Assembly: GCA_010093815.1 (NCBI GenBank) | Contig: ML996577.1 | From: Pseudovirgaria hyperparasitica | Lineage: Eukaryota | Strand: one strand, 5' to 3' | Length of the DNA stretch: 64,000 bases | Shown: positions 25,243 to 39,066 of the stretch, piece by piece | Numbering within the stretch: the stretch's first letter is position 1 | Layout of the letters: each line of letters begins with the position of its first letter | Notes under the pieces: generated by a model | Database searches by the model: none | Told to the model about the DNA's origin: nothing | What the model saw: the letters and a program-made list of their open reading frames with translations, nothing else | Made by a program: the position numbers and the translations under genes

Positions 25243-27782
25243 TCACTTATGCCGATCCGCCTGCTCCTTCTGATACTTCGCAATCAACTCCCTCTGCAGC
25301 TGCACCGGCGCAGGCGCATAATGGCTAAACTCCATGCTAAACTCGCCCTTGCCCTGCGTCGCGGCACGCAGCTGCGAGCTGAAGCCAAACATGCTATTCA
25401 GACTGCAATCGGCCTGCAGCACAAAATCATCCGTGCCAATCTCCGTGTCGCTGATGGTGCCGTTGCGCTTGTTGAGCAGGGTCAGGATGTTACCCTGGAA
25501 CTCGTTGGGCGCGGTGATGGTGGTCTTCATGACGGGCTCGAGGATCTGGGGCGAGCACTCCTTGACCGCCTTGCGGAAGGCTTGCTGCGTTGCTTGGTAG
25601 AAGGAGTAGTCGGACGAGTCTGTCATGTGGGTTACGCCGTCGGTGATGTGCATGCTGGCGCCCAGGACCTTGTGCCCGATCAGTGGGCCCTTCTCACATA
25701 TCGCGTAGAAGCCCTTCTCGCAGGACGTGAGGTATTTCTCGGGCACGGTTCCGCCGGTGACTGTATGCTTGAACTTGTTCGTCGTAATGTCACCGGTTGG
25801 TTCCAAGTGGCCCATAACACGAGCAAAGTCACCTGGACCACCCGTCTGTTTCTTGAGTAGGTGATCGAAGTCAGTGCTGCCTTCAATGGTCTCGCGGTAG
25901 GCAACGCGGGGTTGTCCAGTGACTACGTCGACTTTGTATTCACGTTTCATACGTTCAATATAAATTTCCAAGTGCAGCTCGCCCATACCAGAAATGATGG
26001 TCTCCTGAGACTCGGGGTCTAGAGTGACACGGAATGTGGGATCTTCACGCTGGAATCGGGACATGGCTTTTTGGAAGTTGTTATAAGATGCCGACGTCTT
26101 GGGCGCAATGGACAGAGAGATGACCGCTTCCGGTACGAACATGGACGTCTGAACAACATAAGCTTGATAGACAACAAACCTGACGTTGACTTACCATTGT
26201 ATATTCAAGCTTACCATCCGTGAAAGTATCTCCTGATGCGCATTCCACGCCAAACACAGCGCAAATCTCTCCGGCTCCAATTTCCTGTACATCTTCCATC
26301 TCATTCGAGTGCATACGCACTATTCTAGGAATCTTGACCTTCTTATCTGACCTTGCATTGAACACAGTCATCCCTCTTCTAAGCGTACCCTGGTACACTC
26401 GAATGTATGTTAATTGACCAAAGTTGCTCTCTTCCAGCTTGAAAGCCAAACCAACGAACGGTAGCGAGTTGTACGATACGAGCTTGACCGACGTTTCCTT
26501 TCTTCTGCGGTCTAGAGCAAGATTCTCGACTTCCGAGGGATTGGGCAAGTAGTCGACGACTCCGTCCAGCATCGGCTGCACCGCTTTGTCAGCCAGCGCG
26601 CTTCCCATGAAGACTGGCGAGAATTTGAGGCTAATAGTAGCCCTACGAATGGCCGCCTTGATCTGGTCTTCCGTGGGCTCTTCCTCATTCAGGAAGAGCT
26701 CTGCGATTTCGTCGTCAGCATCCGCAAGCTTCTCGATAAGCAATTGACGCTTCTCATTTGCAAGCTCGACTAGATCAGCCGGGATCTCGTCGGTTTCTCT
26801 CACGATTATACCCTTCTCGCCCTCGCTATAGATTGCCTTCATCCGAATTAGGTCCACGACTCCGATGAAGCCGTCTTCGCTTCCAATCGGTATCTGTACA
26901 GCCGCAGCATTAATCTTCAGTTTGTAATTAATCTGCTCGATTGGCTTCCACGGGTTTGCGCCCATTCTGTCCATCTTGTTGATGAATGTTATCCTTGGGA
27001 CGTTATATCGCTTCATTTGCCTGTCCACTGTGATCGTCTGACTCTGGACTCCGGATACAGCACACAGAATCATGACGGCACCGTCCAGGACTCTTAATGC
27101 TCGTTCGACCTCGATCGTAAAGTCTACGTGGCCGGGTGTATCGATCAAGTTGATGTGGTATTTCTGGTCCACGCCATCCTTGTCTTTCTTCACCCAGTCA
27201 CAGAATGTCGCCGCAGACTGAATCGTGATACCCTTTTCTCTTTCCAGGTCCATAGAGTCCATCTTTGCGCCTACCGAGTCTCGCCCTCGAACCTCATGTA
27301 TAGCCTTTATGCGGCCGGTATAGAATAAGACGCGCTCGGTGGCAGTCGTTTTGCCAGAGTCAATGTGCGCCTAGAAATTGAAATCAGAAGCTGCGGGCTG
27401 GAACCGATGGAGTCTAAGCGTATACATACTGCAATACCGATATTTCGGATGCGAGACAACCGTTCGGCCTCCACTGGATCTAAGTTCTCTATGATTGTCT
27501 CCTGAGCCAGTGTGCCCGGCGTTGTCTTTGCTTGCTCCAGCCTGTGCGACTGTCAGGACCATGAGTTGTTATATGGTCTATAGTAATCACTCACACTGCA
27601 GCAGCAGCACCAGACTGATACCTCCGGGGTTGCTGCCATGGTAATGAGGCGGATGTGCTGCGCGTGGCACCCGACAAGATCGTAGGGGAGTATCGCGATG
27701 CACCGGCGACGCGGCTGCAAACGCTGAAGGAGCGCAAAGCAGTCGCCTGTGCCCTGACGATACTACTCGGACGCAGGATCAT
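25243..27782 (-). CDS. MEF1: Mitochondrial translation elongation factor G1, 4 exons: 27782-27595, 27541-27430, 27370-26195, 26148-25243
   Basis: Arg/Ser-rich presequence; [59 protein letters not shown]; introns 27542-27594, 27371-27429, 26149-26194. Confidence 0.97.
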
Positions 27783-28681
27783 AATTCGATTGTGGGAGAG
27801 GTGTAGGGCTGGTTGGGAAGAGATAATCCAATTGAACTTCTTTGCAAAAAATACCTGTCTAGAGCTAGCCATCCATTGCTGTATTTGGTCTAGTGTGAAA
27901 AGCAACCATCCCGTCCCTTGGTCCCTTAAGGCAAAAAGAAACCTTGTCACATTAATTATCTCCGACACGACCATAAACAACAGAAATCCAATGTCTAACC
28001 AGCACAAGATAACCAAAGGGCCATTAAAACCAGTCCTGAGGACTCCGGCCACAACTGCTTCAAGCGCTCGTGGCGATCTTACGTTCATCCTACCAGCAGA
28101 ACAGCCAAAGCACAATGGTGCGTGCTCTTTTGCGAGATCTATATCAATAATACACAATTTTCTGAATCATCTCAGCAGTGATCACTTTCAATTCCACTCG
28201 CTTCCAATCACCTTTTCTGTATCCAGCGAGTTCCGAAACGAAGTTGGGAAAGCACACGTATACAGCAGGTCTGCGAAGTCGAATTAGGGGGGTTGAGGAC
28301 GCACTTTAGTTTATACGAGAATCATGTGTATGTTCGATGGCTTCCATTATTTATATCTGTATCTGTGAAACGGCTGATAAGCGTGATTTCTGACAGCTGC
28401 GACGTTGTATTTCCAATGCGTGAGAGACACAGAAGACAAAACGCCAGACAATGCAAAGATATACTGATGTCTTCCTGGCAAGTATATAGGTACGCTAATT
28501 GAAAGAGGTAGCGCTCTGCTTGTAGAGAGTATGAACAGCAAGCAACAAGGAATTACAAGAAGCTTGAAGTAGTGGTATCAGGGAGCTACAAACCTCCAAA
28601 CAGCCAATCAAAAAACATTAGCAATATAAAATTCCATGAGACGTCCTGAAGGCTCATCAAGCCATGAAAGCCTCTCGCCAT

Positions 28682-31600
28682 CTAGTCCGCATCCGGCGTG
28701 GCTATGCCCGTCATATTCTCGCCTGTAGGGCTAGGCGGGCTAACGATTGTTGTCGGCGTATTTAACTTTCCTTCTTCTTCATCATCATCATGAGCACCGT
28801 CACCAGTAGTCTCAATATTAATCTCGCTCTCGCCTTCTTCAGGAATCGACGGGCTCAGCGGGTTTCTAGGTTCGCCACCACTTGGATTCTGCGCAGCCCT
28901 CCTTCTTGCTCTTCGTCTTGACCTTTCATCATCTGCGCTTTCTCGTCTCCGCCGCACGCGAATTGAGTCATCTCCACCAGGCGTATCATCTCCGCGCAGA
29001 CCTTGTAAGAGACTTGCGGCACGGTCCGCAACGTCTTCTTCCTTGACCTCTGGGTCCGGGCTTGTTGTGCCATTATTCTCATCACCTTCACTTCGGGGGC
29101 TGACCATGCCATTCTCTTTCTCGTATGTAGTAGGCAGTTCAGGCATCTTCTGTCCACTTGCAACACGAACTTCGTGGCGATCCTTGAGTCTTGCTCGGCG
29201 GCGACGATCGCGCTGGTCGCGCACCTGGGGTGCTGCAGCACGAAGCTTCTCAAGAAGGCTGTCCATCGCACCAGTGGATGCAGGCGATACCGGGCCATCA
29301 GGGCCGATGTCGCCGGCCGTACCCACTGCGAGCTGATTCTTACGGCGCATCGAGGCTTCATTGCGACGTTTGAGGTCTTCAATTGCCATGTTCTTTTCTT
29401 TGGATTTCTTCCATTCACTGACGAAGATAGCAAGCTTCGAGAAAAAGTCTCTACGAGCGTTTTCGTCGAGTGGGTCTTCACCGTAGAAAGCCATAATACT
29501 CTCGTATTCGCGGCTCATCTCTTCGAGGTGGACTTGCATCTGCTCAGCTTTGCGCCTGGCATCCTTCATAGACCGCTGGCATACGATATTGACACGATCT
29601 TCAGGATGAAACTTCTTGGGATCGCTCAGGTTACCAGAGTCCAAGGAACCCTGGACGTTCTTGATGTTTTCAATGTATCTCTTTGCATCGAGTTGGAGCT
29701 GATCAACATTGATTTTCTTTGCGGCAACAACGCCGGCAATCTCCTCCGTAAAGTCTTCCCATCCAGGATACTGCGTCCGCACGACTTGCTCCACTACATC
29801 TGCAAACGTTCGTTCGTTGTTATGGTCTTTGACCATACCAAGCCGTGACAATGAGCTCAATTTGAAACCAGACGCTTGTTTGTTTGCGTCGTTCATGAAA
29901 TTACCGATATCGAGGATGAGTCCAAATACGCTAAGAAGCGAACTGGAGTCTCGAAGAGACGCTGAAACTTTTGATACTTCGTCTAGCTTTTTGTATATCT
30001 CATCATATTCAGGCTCAAAGCTCCTGGTCAATGCAAGAGCTCGTATACGGGATTTCCAGTAGTGGTGAAGTTCGAATGAAGTGAAGAGGTATATTTGATC
30101 TTCGCGTGTCAGCTCCTGAGGATCCTGTTCAGGGGGTGTATTGGCGGCATTCGGTCCCGTCCAATCGCGGCTGTAAGGAGCAAGAAGTTTTACTGTGTTC
30201 TCCGGGATGTTGCAAAGATCCGGCTTGCCAAGGAATTCCATGACAACGTCGTTGTCCAGCACTTCGCGATCACAATGGATGATCATACGTACAATCTCGT
30301 CGACAGATTTGCCCGATAGCTTTGCTAGAGCAACATCTACAAACAGACAGACATGTCAGCAAAGACGTGATGAGGAATATATAGGTAAGAACTTACGATA
30401 TGCTTTGCGAAGGTCGGCCGAGATGAGCGATTTTTTGTCGTCCTTTTTACCTGATGCCTTTCCAATCGCCTTGATCTCCTTGGCTAAAAACAGCTTCTCG
30501 ACCTCGTCCAAAACACCCTTACGAGACAGTTCGATGTATCTCTCTTCTTTGGCTTCATGCGTGGGAGCATGATTTGTCCAGAGTGTGTCCTGAACAGTGT
30601 CGACCTTCTCCCAGTGTAGCGCCTTGAGTTTCTTCTTCGGCCTGGCAACTCCATGACCGACTGTTGGAGATAGAATCGCGTTATGCTTGGGTAAAAAGCC
30701 ACCTATACGCATGCCTGGTAGGGGAGGGGCACCAGGAGTTGGAGGAGGTAAAGGAGGTGGAGGAGGTCCCATTCCCATTCCCATACCCGGCATCGGAGGT
30801 GGTGGAGGGGGTGGAGGACCAGCACCATCGTGGAATCCTGGCATAGGAGGCGGAGGGGGCGGCGGAGGTCCACTTCCAAACCCAGGCATCGGAGGAGGGG
30901 GCGGTGGAGGAGCCCCGTTTGTGAAACCAGGCATAGGAGGCGGGGGCGGAGGAGGTGGGCCAGTCTCAAAGCCTGGTATCATGCCAGGCATTGGGGGAGG
31001 AGGTGGTGCTGGTGGTCCGTCGAATTCGTTCGAGCCATCCGCTGGAGTCTTGAGAGGTTCAGAGTCAATGCTGGGTTGCGAAGGACCAGTTGTGATACCT
31101 TCGTCCTCAGCTTCGTCGTCACTAGCTTCGTAGCGCTTGACTTTCGATGCAATCTCGCCCAGAAGTCCGGTGGCTTGCTGAGCGTTCATCTTCGGACGCT
31201 TCATTTCGACTATTCTGGGCTTTTCGTACACCACGTCGTCTTCATCTTCCTCAGTGACAGGCATTTCGGTCAGTGTTTCAGCACTGCTTGGAACAGGTTT
31301 CCTATGGGGTCTTCCAGCACTGCTCTGTCCTCTATTGACCTTACCCAGGTAGCCAGCATCCATATGCCCACTAAGATCTGGTTGGCCGCCCATTTCACCC
31401 TCCATCTGTTCGCGTAGTTCCCGGAGCTTGTCTGATGGGCTGAAATTTTGCAAGATACGACCACCTTCAAGTGTAGCTTGCGTTTTAGCCCGCTGCAGCT
31501 GGATCTCGAGTCGCTCCATAAGCCTTTCCCGGTCAAGGATACCACGCATCTGGGCTGGATCTGTAGATATAGTTTCTTTGCCGCCCTTCTGAGCAGCTGA

Positions 31601-34087
31601 TGCTGCAACATCTTGAGCATCGCGAAGCATGAGATAAAGTTCTCGGGTTTCTAGCTCGTTTCGCTGGAGGTCTTGAGCACGGAGTCTTCGCACGTCAGCG
31701 AGCTCAGCTTTCATCGCTTCTGCTTGGCGACCTCGGAGCTCTATGATGGCAGCCTGTTCGTCAATTTGCTTCTGCAGTTTCGCAACAACACCATCTGCAC
31801 CTAGCTCCAGTTGTGCTTTGTATTCATCACGCTCCGCAATCGCGGCGTCTGCTATTTGTCGTGCCTCTAGGGCTTCGTCCCGGACTTGTCGTGCCTCTGA
31901 GTCGGTGTAGAGTTTATCAAGAAGATTTTGCACAGTGAAATTGAGACTTTGCTTCAGGTCCATGTCCGGGAGCCTCCTGTCCATAGCGACATAGCTGAGC
32001 ATTGAGTCTACGAGCTGGAACATCCTTAGTCGATCCTCACCCTCGTTGTCCCGGATAAGTAGAAGATGCTGCATGGCTGAGACAAAGTAGTCTTGTGCTC
32101 TACTGTTCTGTATCTTGCTCATGATGGCATCTGTGATCTGCATGGGGTCATTCAAGTCCTTGACTGCTCCCTCGATGCTGTCGACCATGCTGCTGTTCTC
32201 TTTCTCAAGTACATCTTCATAGTCAACACCTTCGTTGTCGTAGTAGCGTGCGATTTGCTTGTCGATTACATCGTACTGGAAATCGGCCATCTTCTGGAAT
32301 ATACGCTTTATGCCACATGCCGTAAATTGAGCGCGAATATGCATTCGCAGCTGCACATCTGCCGGCGCATCGACCAACATATTAATGAGCATCAGAGATG
32401 CTACGGCATATTCCATAAGAAGATTCTCCATGCCAATGCCCCCACTACGAACCTCATCGCTCGCACCTACAAGGCTACCCATCTTTCCCCTGCCATCTAC
32501 TGTGACTTCGACGATGCGCATCCAGGAGTCGAATCTGCCATTTTCGTTTTGTTGCGATTTCAGGAAGTCCAATGCTTGCAACACCTTTTCATGCCCATCT
32601 CCTTCGCCCCAATGGCACAGAAATGTTACGACCTCGCTGACAAGTTTGCGAGTATTTAGACGGGGAGATGTAAGAGATCCTGCAAGAGCCATCACAATGC
32701 CGACATGGGCCAGGGCGTTATCAGCACCATACTTGTTGTTCATGAGCGCCTTCAGACACTTCACGATATCATATTCTCGGTCCAAGTCCTTTTCGGTAGA
32801 ATTTCCAGATGGAGGCGCGGGCCCCGTTGCTTGTTTGCGATTAATTTTTCCCAGTACATTGGTCAGAGCGACTTGACCTTGTGCTTCTACAAATGATTTG
32901 ACCCAGGCAATTGGTTGTGTGCGCAGGCTGACACTTAGACTTTGAAGCTGCTTCGCAGTGATTGAATTGTCCATGAGCTTCCGCACATACCATTCTGGAC
33001 TACCCTCCTCGTCAGCTCTGCCGAGGATTCCGAGCGACTCTTGACCGCCGATAGTGAGTCGTGCATGTTGCTTTTTCTTTTGGTCGGTTTGGTATTCAGA
33101 AAGCTTGTCCTGATATACAAGTGTCCATTTCTTTGAGACAGGATATGCCTCCATTTGCCTTTTTGCTGCGTCAGGTAACATCTTCCAACCGCGTTTGACC
33201 ATAAGTGCCATGAACTCTTGTTCTATTATACGTGCGTCGCTAGGTTTATCGAGATTGAAGCCCTCGGGAGAGATTGGTTGGGTGGAGGAATTACTTGAAT
33301 GGTGTCCGAAACCATGCCGATGATGCGAGTCGCGATTCGAGCCGATCGTAGGTAGAAGGGTGGACTGATCAACACCAAGTGAGGAATAAGTTGAATGTGA
33401 AGGGGTGAGCAAAGAAGTCATGCTTGATCCTCTGTACGCTGAGCTATTCGAATATATGCTTGCTTGGTCGGATGCTGCTCGTGTATTGTTAGAGGAGTCT
33501 GAACCAGCATATGAAGGGTTATACGAGCCCGTTGCTGTGCTCGCCCTGGCATTACCGCCCCATTGCTGCACTGAGACCCCCCGATCACCAGGTTGACTTG
33601 ATGCCATCGATGTACCTGTGGTATGGGGTGGCGGTCGTGGACCAGGTACGCTGGTATATCCGTTGGATTGTGGTACGGGAGTGAATGCTGGGTACTGATG
33701 AAAGTCGCCGCCAGCTTTGGCCAAATGATGCGGTTGCGGTTCGCGGGAGCGGACAGTCCGTGGGTCATTGCTCTCCTGAGGAAGGTATTCCACGGGTATT
33801 GGCGAACGCGCATCAGCTGTCCTGTCGTATGGAATTGCAGTTATTACACCAGCTTGCATGTTGATGCCCTGACTATCGTGACCACTTGAAGACGGACGAT
33901 CTATTGAGGCCACAGATGTCCTATGTGAGTGGCGAGAGGATTGTGAATTTGTTATGCTTGGCGCTATACTCGAGGTCTCGGCGCGGCTATCGTGAGATCG
34001 ATCCTTGTGAAGTCTTTTCCCGAAAAACGATCTACCGCCGGAAGACTGCCGCGACTTTTCATCTTGTGGAGTTGAAGACGGCATCAT
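28682..34087 (-). CDS. sepA: Diaphanous-related formin (SepA/Bni1 type), 2 exons: 34087-30397, 30336-28682
   Basis: GBD/FH3 region (SVSLRTQPIAWV, KCLKALMNNKYG), poly-Pro FH1 repeats at about 30700-31020, FH2 (KLKALHWEKV, GNFMN), DAD-like MDSLLEKL; intron 30337-30396; start could be 34087 or 34084. Confidence 0.95.
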
Positions 34088-34863
34088 GGGAGGTTCCGAA
34101 ATATATAGCAGTTGATATCCGGCAAGATGCACGCGCCTCGGAAACCACCTCTTGTGCGCCACAGACCAAGCGCTGCAATTTCAGAAAGAATGGCGCTGGA
34201 CAAGAACGCGGCGAAGCGTTTGAAGCCGCGTGTGTGGACTATTCTCCGGACTGTCGCGAGTATGAGGGGGCGTTATGTAGTGAGAGGGGGCAGCTACGGA
34301 GGAGAAATGTATGCCGCTGTAGGTCGTCCGTAGGGGTAGGGAGCGGTGCAGGACGTATAGGAAAGGCGACGCGGAGCGAGGATTGCGAACGCATCAGTGT
34401 AGTCTGCTCATGGCCCAGGTCGTGTGAAGTGAGCGAGAATGCGTTCAAGGTAATTATTACGTTGTCGACGAAGAGAGCATTGGGGCATTGACTTCCTCAG
34501 TTAGACCCTGGCCTAGCCTAGTAATCGTGTTTCAGGGGGCGCTCACGTGCTACCGCGCGGAAGTGGAAACAGCGATCTCTTCGAACGTCTTGATATTCTG
34601 AGACCACTCACTCTCCTACGCTTGCGTTTAGTCTATAAGCACATTTTTAATCCCCGGATAATCAATATCGAGTCCCCGGGAGAAGCGTGTGGATACGCTT
34701 CCAAACCTCGTATCGGTGAGACTTGCCAGCACAGAGGCGAGGCCGTCCTTCATCATCTGGCCAATTCACATTCACTGAGACGTCGCGTCTGTTTGTCCTG
34801 TTTTTGCCACATCGCACCAAGCATCGCACCCTCCGACCTTCAAAAAATCACGGCGACGGAGAT

Positions 34864-35393
34864 ATGACGGCGTTTGGGAGCTTTCTCAAGGTGTGCATTA
34901 CGTCCACTACTGTGTTATTTTCTTGGTTTAGAAAAAGAAAACCTGACATGCTTAGGCTATCCTGGCACCCGCGCTCATTGCGCTTGTAGCTTATATACTC
35001 CTCAGCTATTTTGTATTACCATTCATTCGGCGACACCGTCAGCGTTACAACCAGTACTTGCCTGTCAACGGCGGCCTCTCCACCATCTCCAACACAGCGC
35101 TCACAGTCAGACAACGTGTTGGTGATGCATTGATCACTTTCTTCCTCCCGTCATACGGGTTGCGTCGAGTGATAGACGGCTCAAGAGACCCAAGAGGGAG
35201 CGAAGATGTGATGTTCGATGACGAAGAAGGCGAGGATATGGTTGGGTTTGACATAGACGAGCGACGGCGAGAGGCCCTTGAGCGAAGAAGAAGTAATGTT
35301 GGGGAAGAAGATCTAAGACTGAGCCGTGATCTAGAGGAGGGATTCAAGGATGACAGCGACGATGAAACGACTGGGAGCAGAACAGAGCGATGA
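34864..35393 (+). CDS. Small single-pass membrane protein of unknown function, 2 exons: 34864-34890, 34956-35393
   Basis: MTAFGSFLK|AILAPALIALVAYILLSYFVLPFIRRHRQRYNQYLP...RLSRDLEEGFKDDSDDE; intron 34891-34955 (GTGTGC..CTGAC..TAG); divergent from the formin gene. Confidence 0.8.
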
Positions 35394-35583
35394 CAAACTT
35401 GTCCGCCCAAATTTCGCATCGTTACTTATACATTCACATGCAGGCTTGGACTTGAACTGTGAACCTTTCGTATGGTTATGAACGCCCAGATGAGTCGCTA
35501 AGAATGCTTCCGTTCTGGCGATTGACCGACCCGAACATATGATCAACCAACATTTTTCCGTTCCAACGGACCAATTGAGATAT

Positions 35584-37051
35584 CTACTTTCTCTGTCCAT
35601 ATGCCTTCGTAGCATAGTCACCAGCGTGTACAATCAGATCCTCAGGCCTGTAATCGAGACGGCCCGAGAAATAAGAATCGAGGATAGCTTTGGTGCCGGC
35701 AGCGTAACGCTAAGAAAAAGGTTAGCCCGTTCTTCGATATTTCAGAATGACAATCACGCGAGCACTTACCTTCTGAGCGTCAATGGAAGTACCAGACATG
35801 TGGGGAACCATGGCGTTACCGCCACCCCATGCATTCTGTGCGTATCGAAGAGGGTGGTCCTTGGGTGCCGGTTGCGGGAACCAAACATCACCTCCGTAGC
35901 CACGAAGTTGACCATTCTTGAGAGCCTCGGCAACATCCTCCTTGACAACGATGGCACCACGAGCAGTGTTCACCAGCCATGAGCCTAGCAGGATTAGTAA
36001 CCTGGTGTCTGCGATTATGACATGTTTACGTACCCTTCTTCATCTTGGAAAGAAGTTCCTTGTTAAAGAGACCACGAGTCTTCTCGTGGAGGGGACAGTT
36101 GATGGTAACTACATCACACTGACCCAGCATCTCCTCGAGAGTCTCGACACGCCTGCAGCCAATTTCCTTCTCCTTCTCAGGAGATAGGGCCTGGTAGTCG
36201 AAGTATAAGAGCTCCTTACAGTCGAAGGGCTTCAATCTGCGCAGGACACGCTCACCGATACGGCCTACAGCCACGGTACCAACGACCTTACCCTCGAGAT
36301 CATACTCGTTCTTTGCAACTTCGGCGACGTTCCAGTCACCACGGGCGACCTGTTCGTGAGCGGGAACGAAATTGCGGACGAGGGTCAGAATGGTCATGAC
36401 GACATGTTCAGCGACTGAGACGACGTTGGAGCCAGTCACCTCAGCGACAGTGATGTTGTGTTTGTTGGCTGCGTTGAGATCGACGTGATCAGATCCAATA
36501 CCGGCAGTGACAGCGAGCTTGAGTTTCTTTGCCTTGGCAAGACGTTCCTCGGTCAGATAGCCAGGGTGGAAGCTACAGGAAGAATACAATCAGTATGGCG
36601 CCAAAGGTCAAGGCGGACGTGCTTGAAAGTTGGACACTCACGGAGTCGTGATGATGACCTCTGCATCAACCAATTCTTTGTCGAATGTGGAGTTCTCGCC
36701 CTCCTTGTCGGACGTAGTCACGAGAGTGTGACCTTGCTCTTCAATCCACTTTCGAATGCCGAGCTCGTTCTCTGTGGTTCCGAGCAATTGAGGCTCCTGT
36801 TCGGCATGGACACCGCCCTGGGAAAACGTCAATTAGGGACAGTTCGAGGTTGTCACGCAGGGTTCACTCACGTCATAGAGAACCAACAAAACTTTACCCT
36901 GCATTTGCGAGGTAGCTGTTAGCGTTCTGATACCAGTACAGTTGGGATGTGCCCGGAAGGTAGGGGTAGCATTGTATCGTGAGACAACCCGGACGAAGCT
37001 GGGCACGGAGGTTGGGCGTGCGAGGCGGGACAAGGACTGAGCAAATACCAT
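35584..37051 (-). CDS. FDH1: NAD-dependent formate dehydrogenase; exons 37051-36872 (contains optional intron 36899-37048), 36817-36642, 36572-36034, 35984-35770, 35709-35584
   Basis: [70 protein letters not shown], ends [10 protein letters not shown]; all introns GT-AG and in frame. Confidence 0.97.
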
Positions 37052-39066
37052 TGTGTATGAAGAAGTGAGAGTGTAACGGAGACGTGATCAGGAGGCGGAA
37101 GGTAGCTGGTTATAAAAGGTCAGCTATGCCAGAGCTCCAGGGTAGCCAGCTAGACGAATTGATGGTGAGAGGGGGAAGAGGCGGCAAGGACAAGGGCAAG
37201 TGCTGATTAGCTGTGATGACGTTGCAGCACGCTGAGAGCGAACCTGTTGACTTACGGAACAGAGTGAAATTGAGTGGACTGAGCGTGTTTTGGCGTTGGT
37301 GGTGATGGTGTGCAGTGAAGAAAGGTCTAGTGTGCAGATCGGTCGACAGTGTTTATTGCAGGTCCCGTTGATGCGGAGAGGGGCAGCAGTTTGAAATATA
37401 TGTGCGTCCAGGTCCGTCAGTACTAATAGAAGTAGTGCTCGTGCTCGGTATGGACAATGAATTTGCTCCAATCTTTTTTGTCGCCGAATGCGCAGGCTAA
37501 TAGGTGATGCCCCATTTCTCCACACCTAGGCAGATTTCTTCTCGTCATGTTCCATCGATGAATGATGGGCGAGACCGCACCGCCGCCATTACCATCCATC
37601 CAGTGTATTGGACTGGCCTGGAGAGAGAGCTAGACGTCAGACCTCCCCCTCCCCCACTTTCGTGTAGTGAAGCGTGAGGTCTGCGCTGCGTATTACACCG
37701 TCTGCTGGCCATAGCTCCATCTCCCACCTGCACATCATTCTGCTGTGGTGGTTGGCGCATTATCGGCAAATGCGGGGTCGTGTCCAATCGCGAGTAAGTC
37801 CATGGTGAAGACTGCTCCTCTTCGGCCCAGTGGGAGCATTCATTCAAGCATGTATTGATTCTTGAGCCACAGGTACACTAACCGGCTATTGTTGATGTTG
37901 TTTCCCTCCTAGGATTTCTGTGGGATCATTGCTATTGTCTTTCCGCGTGGGTCTGCTTCTAGCTGCAGATGTTGACTCTTCGGACTTCTCTCGTTCTTTC
38001 TAACCAACTCAGATCAGACTACCAGCAACATCCCTGGTACTGTAGAGCGCCAATTGCCTCGACTTGGAACTTCGGCATTGGTCTGTCCAGGGACCAACGG
38101 CTAACACGGAACGCTGTCGTTGTAATGTTTGGCACCGCAATTCTGCCTGTTGCCGCCGAGGATGTCCACTGAAAGCATCCCAAGAGAACACACTCGTGCA
38201 GCCAGCTAATTAAATCAGAAGCAGCTTTTGGCGTGTTGGGTTCTCGAGTTGGATATTGATAGATCATATGACCTCGTTCCTGCGACCAGGTCCAGCTTAC
38301 ACTTGTATCCCACTGTACATGCTGATTAGACCGCATCAAACCGGACTCCACCACAGAGTCTTCCAGAAAAGCTTGCTCGTGCGCCAGTCCATGTCCGGGA
38401 CTCAGATATGATACCTATTAGATGTCACGAATCCATTTCCAGCTCAAGCCTTCCGTTTGTCCTGCCCGGTTAGAGTTGCTTTGCTGTTCTGTATACCCAT
38501 CTATACAGCCCACCTCACTCAGCAATGTATCCCAGCGAGCGCGCATTATTGTGACATCACATGATATCCCTCCAACAGCCCTGTCGCATGCTTGTATACT
38601 GCGAACCTGCCCTGTACTATCGTGTATCTTTCTACCAATGGTAGAAGTGAAAACGTGTTCGGATCGATTGGAAAAGTTGGTCACGCGAGACTTGAGGGAT
38701 ATTATTAGCAATTCTGCAACTGTTCACAGTAGTCTGGCAGGGCCGCACTTTCGACTTACTCCCATATCGTGTTTGCACGGCTCGAAAATGCCGGAGCTGG
38801 CTGCCTTGCAGATGAAATCGCCGCGATAGCCGGACTGCTGTAATGTACGGCAGTCTCCATTTGAAGCTTTAGATTGTCTGCGCTTACGAATCGCATGCAA
38901 TTCTGTTTAGGATAAGTGAGCTAGGACATGTACACAACATCAGGTAGAGCTGAGCGCGCGAGCGTGTGTGTGTGCCAAGGTCGACGCGCATGGACCCGCG
39001 CAAACGGGGAAGGTCGAGCGAGTTGAATGATGAATGCACATCTTCTCAGCAATCCCTTAGCGACGT

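Noticed and set aside
34088..34162. N-terminal extension of the formin in the ORF track
   Set aside because: Starts at a non-ATG codon; first ATGs are at 34087 and 34084.
35477..35586. Stop-codon readthrough of FDH to a cryptic peroxisomal signal
   Set aside because: Context is TAG ATA rather than TGA CTA, and the extension ends in GRS, not a PTS1.
37213..37282. GTGATGA...CTGA...CTGA resembling a C/D snoRNA upstream of FDH
   Set aside because: Only a 2-bp terminal stem and no rRNA-complementary guide I could recognise.
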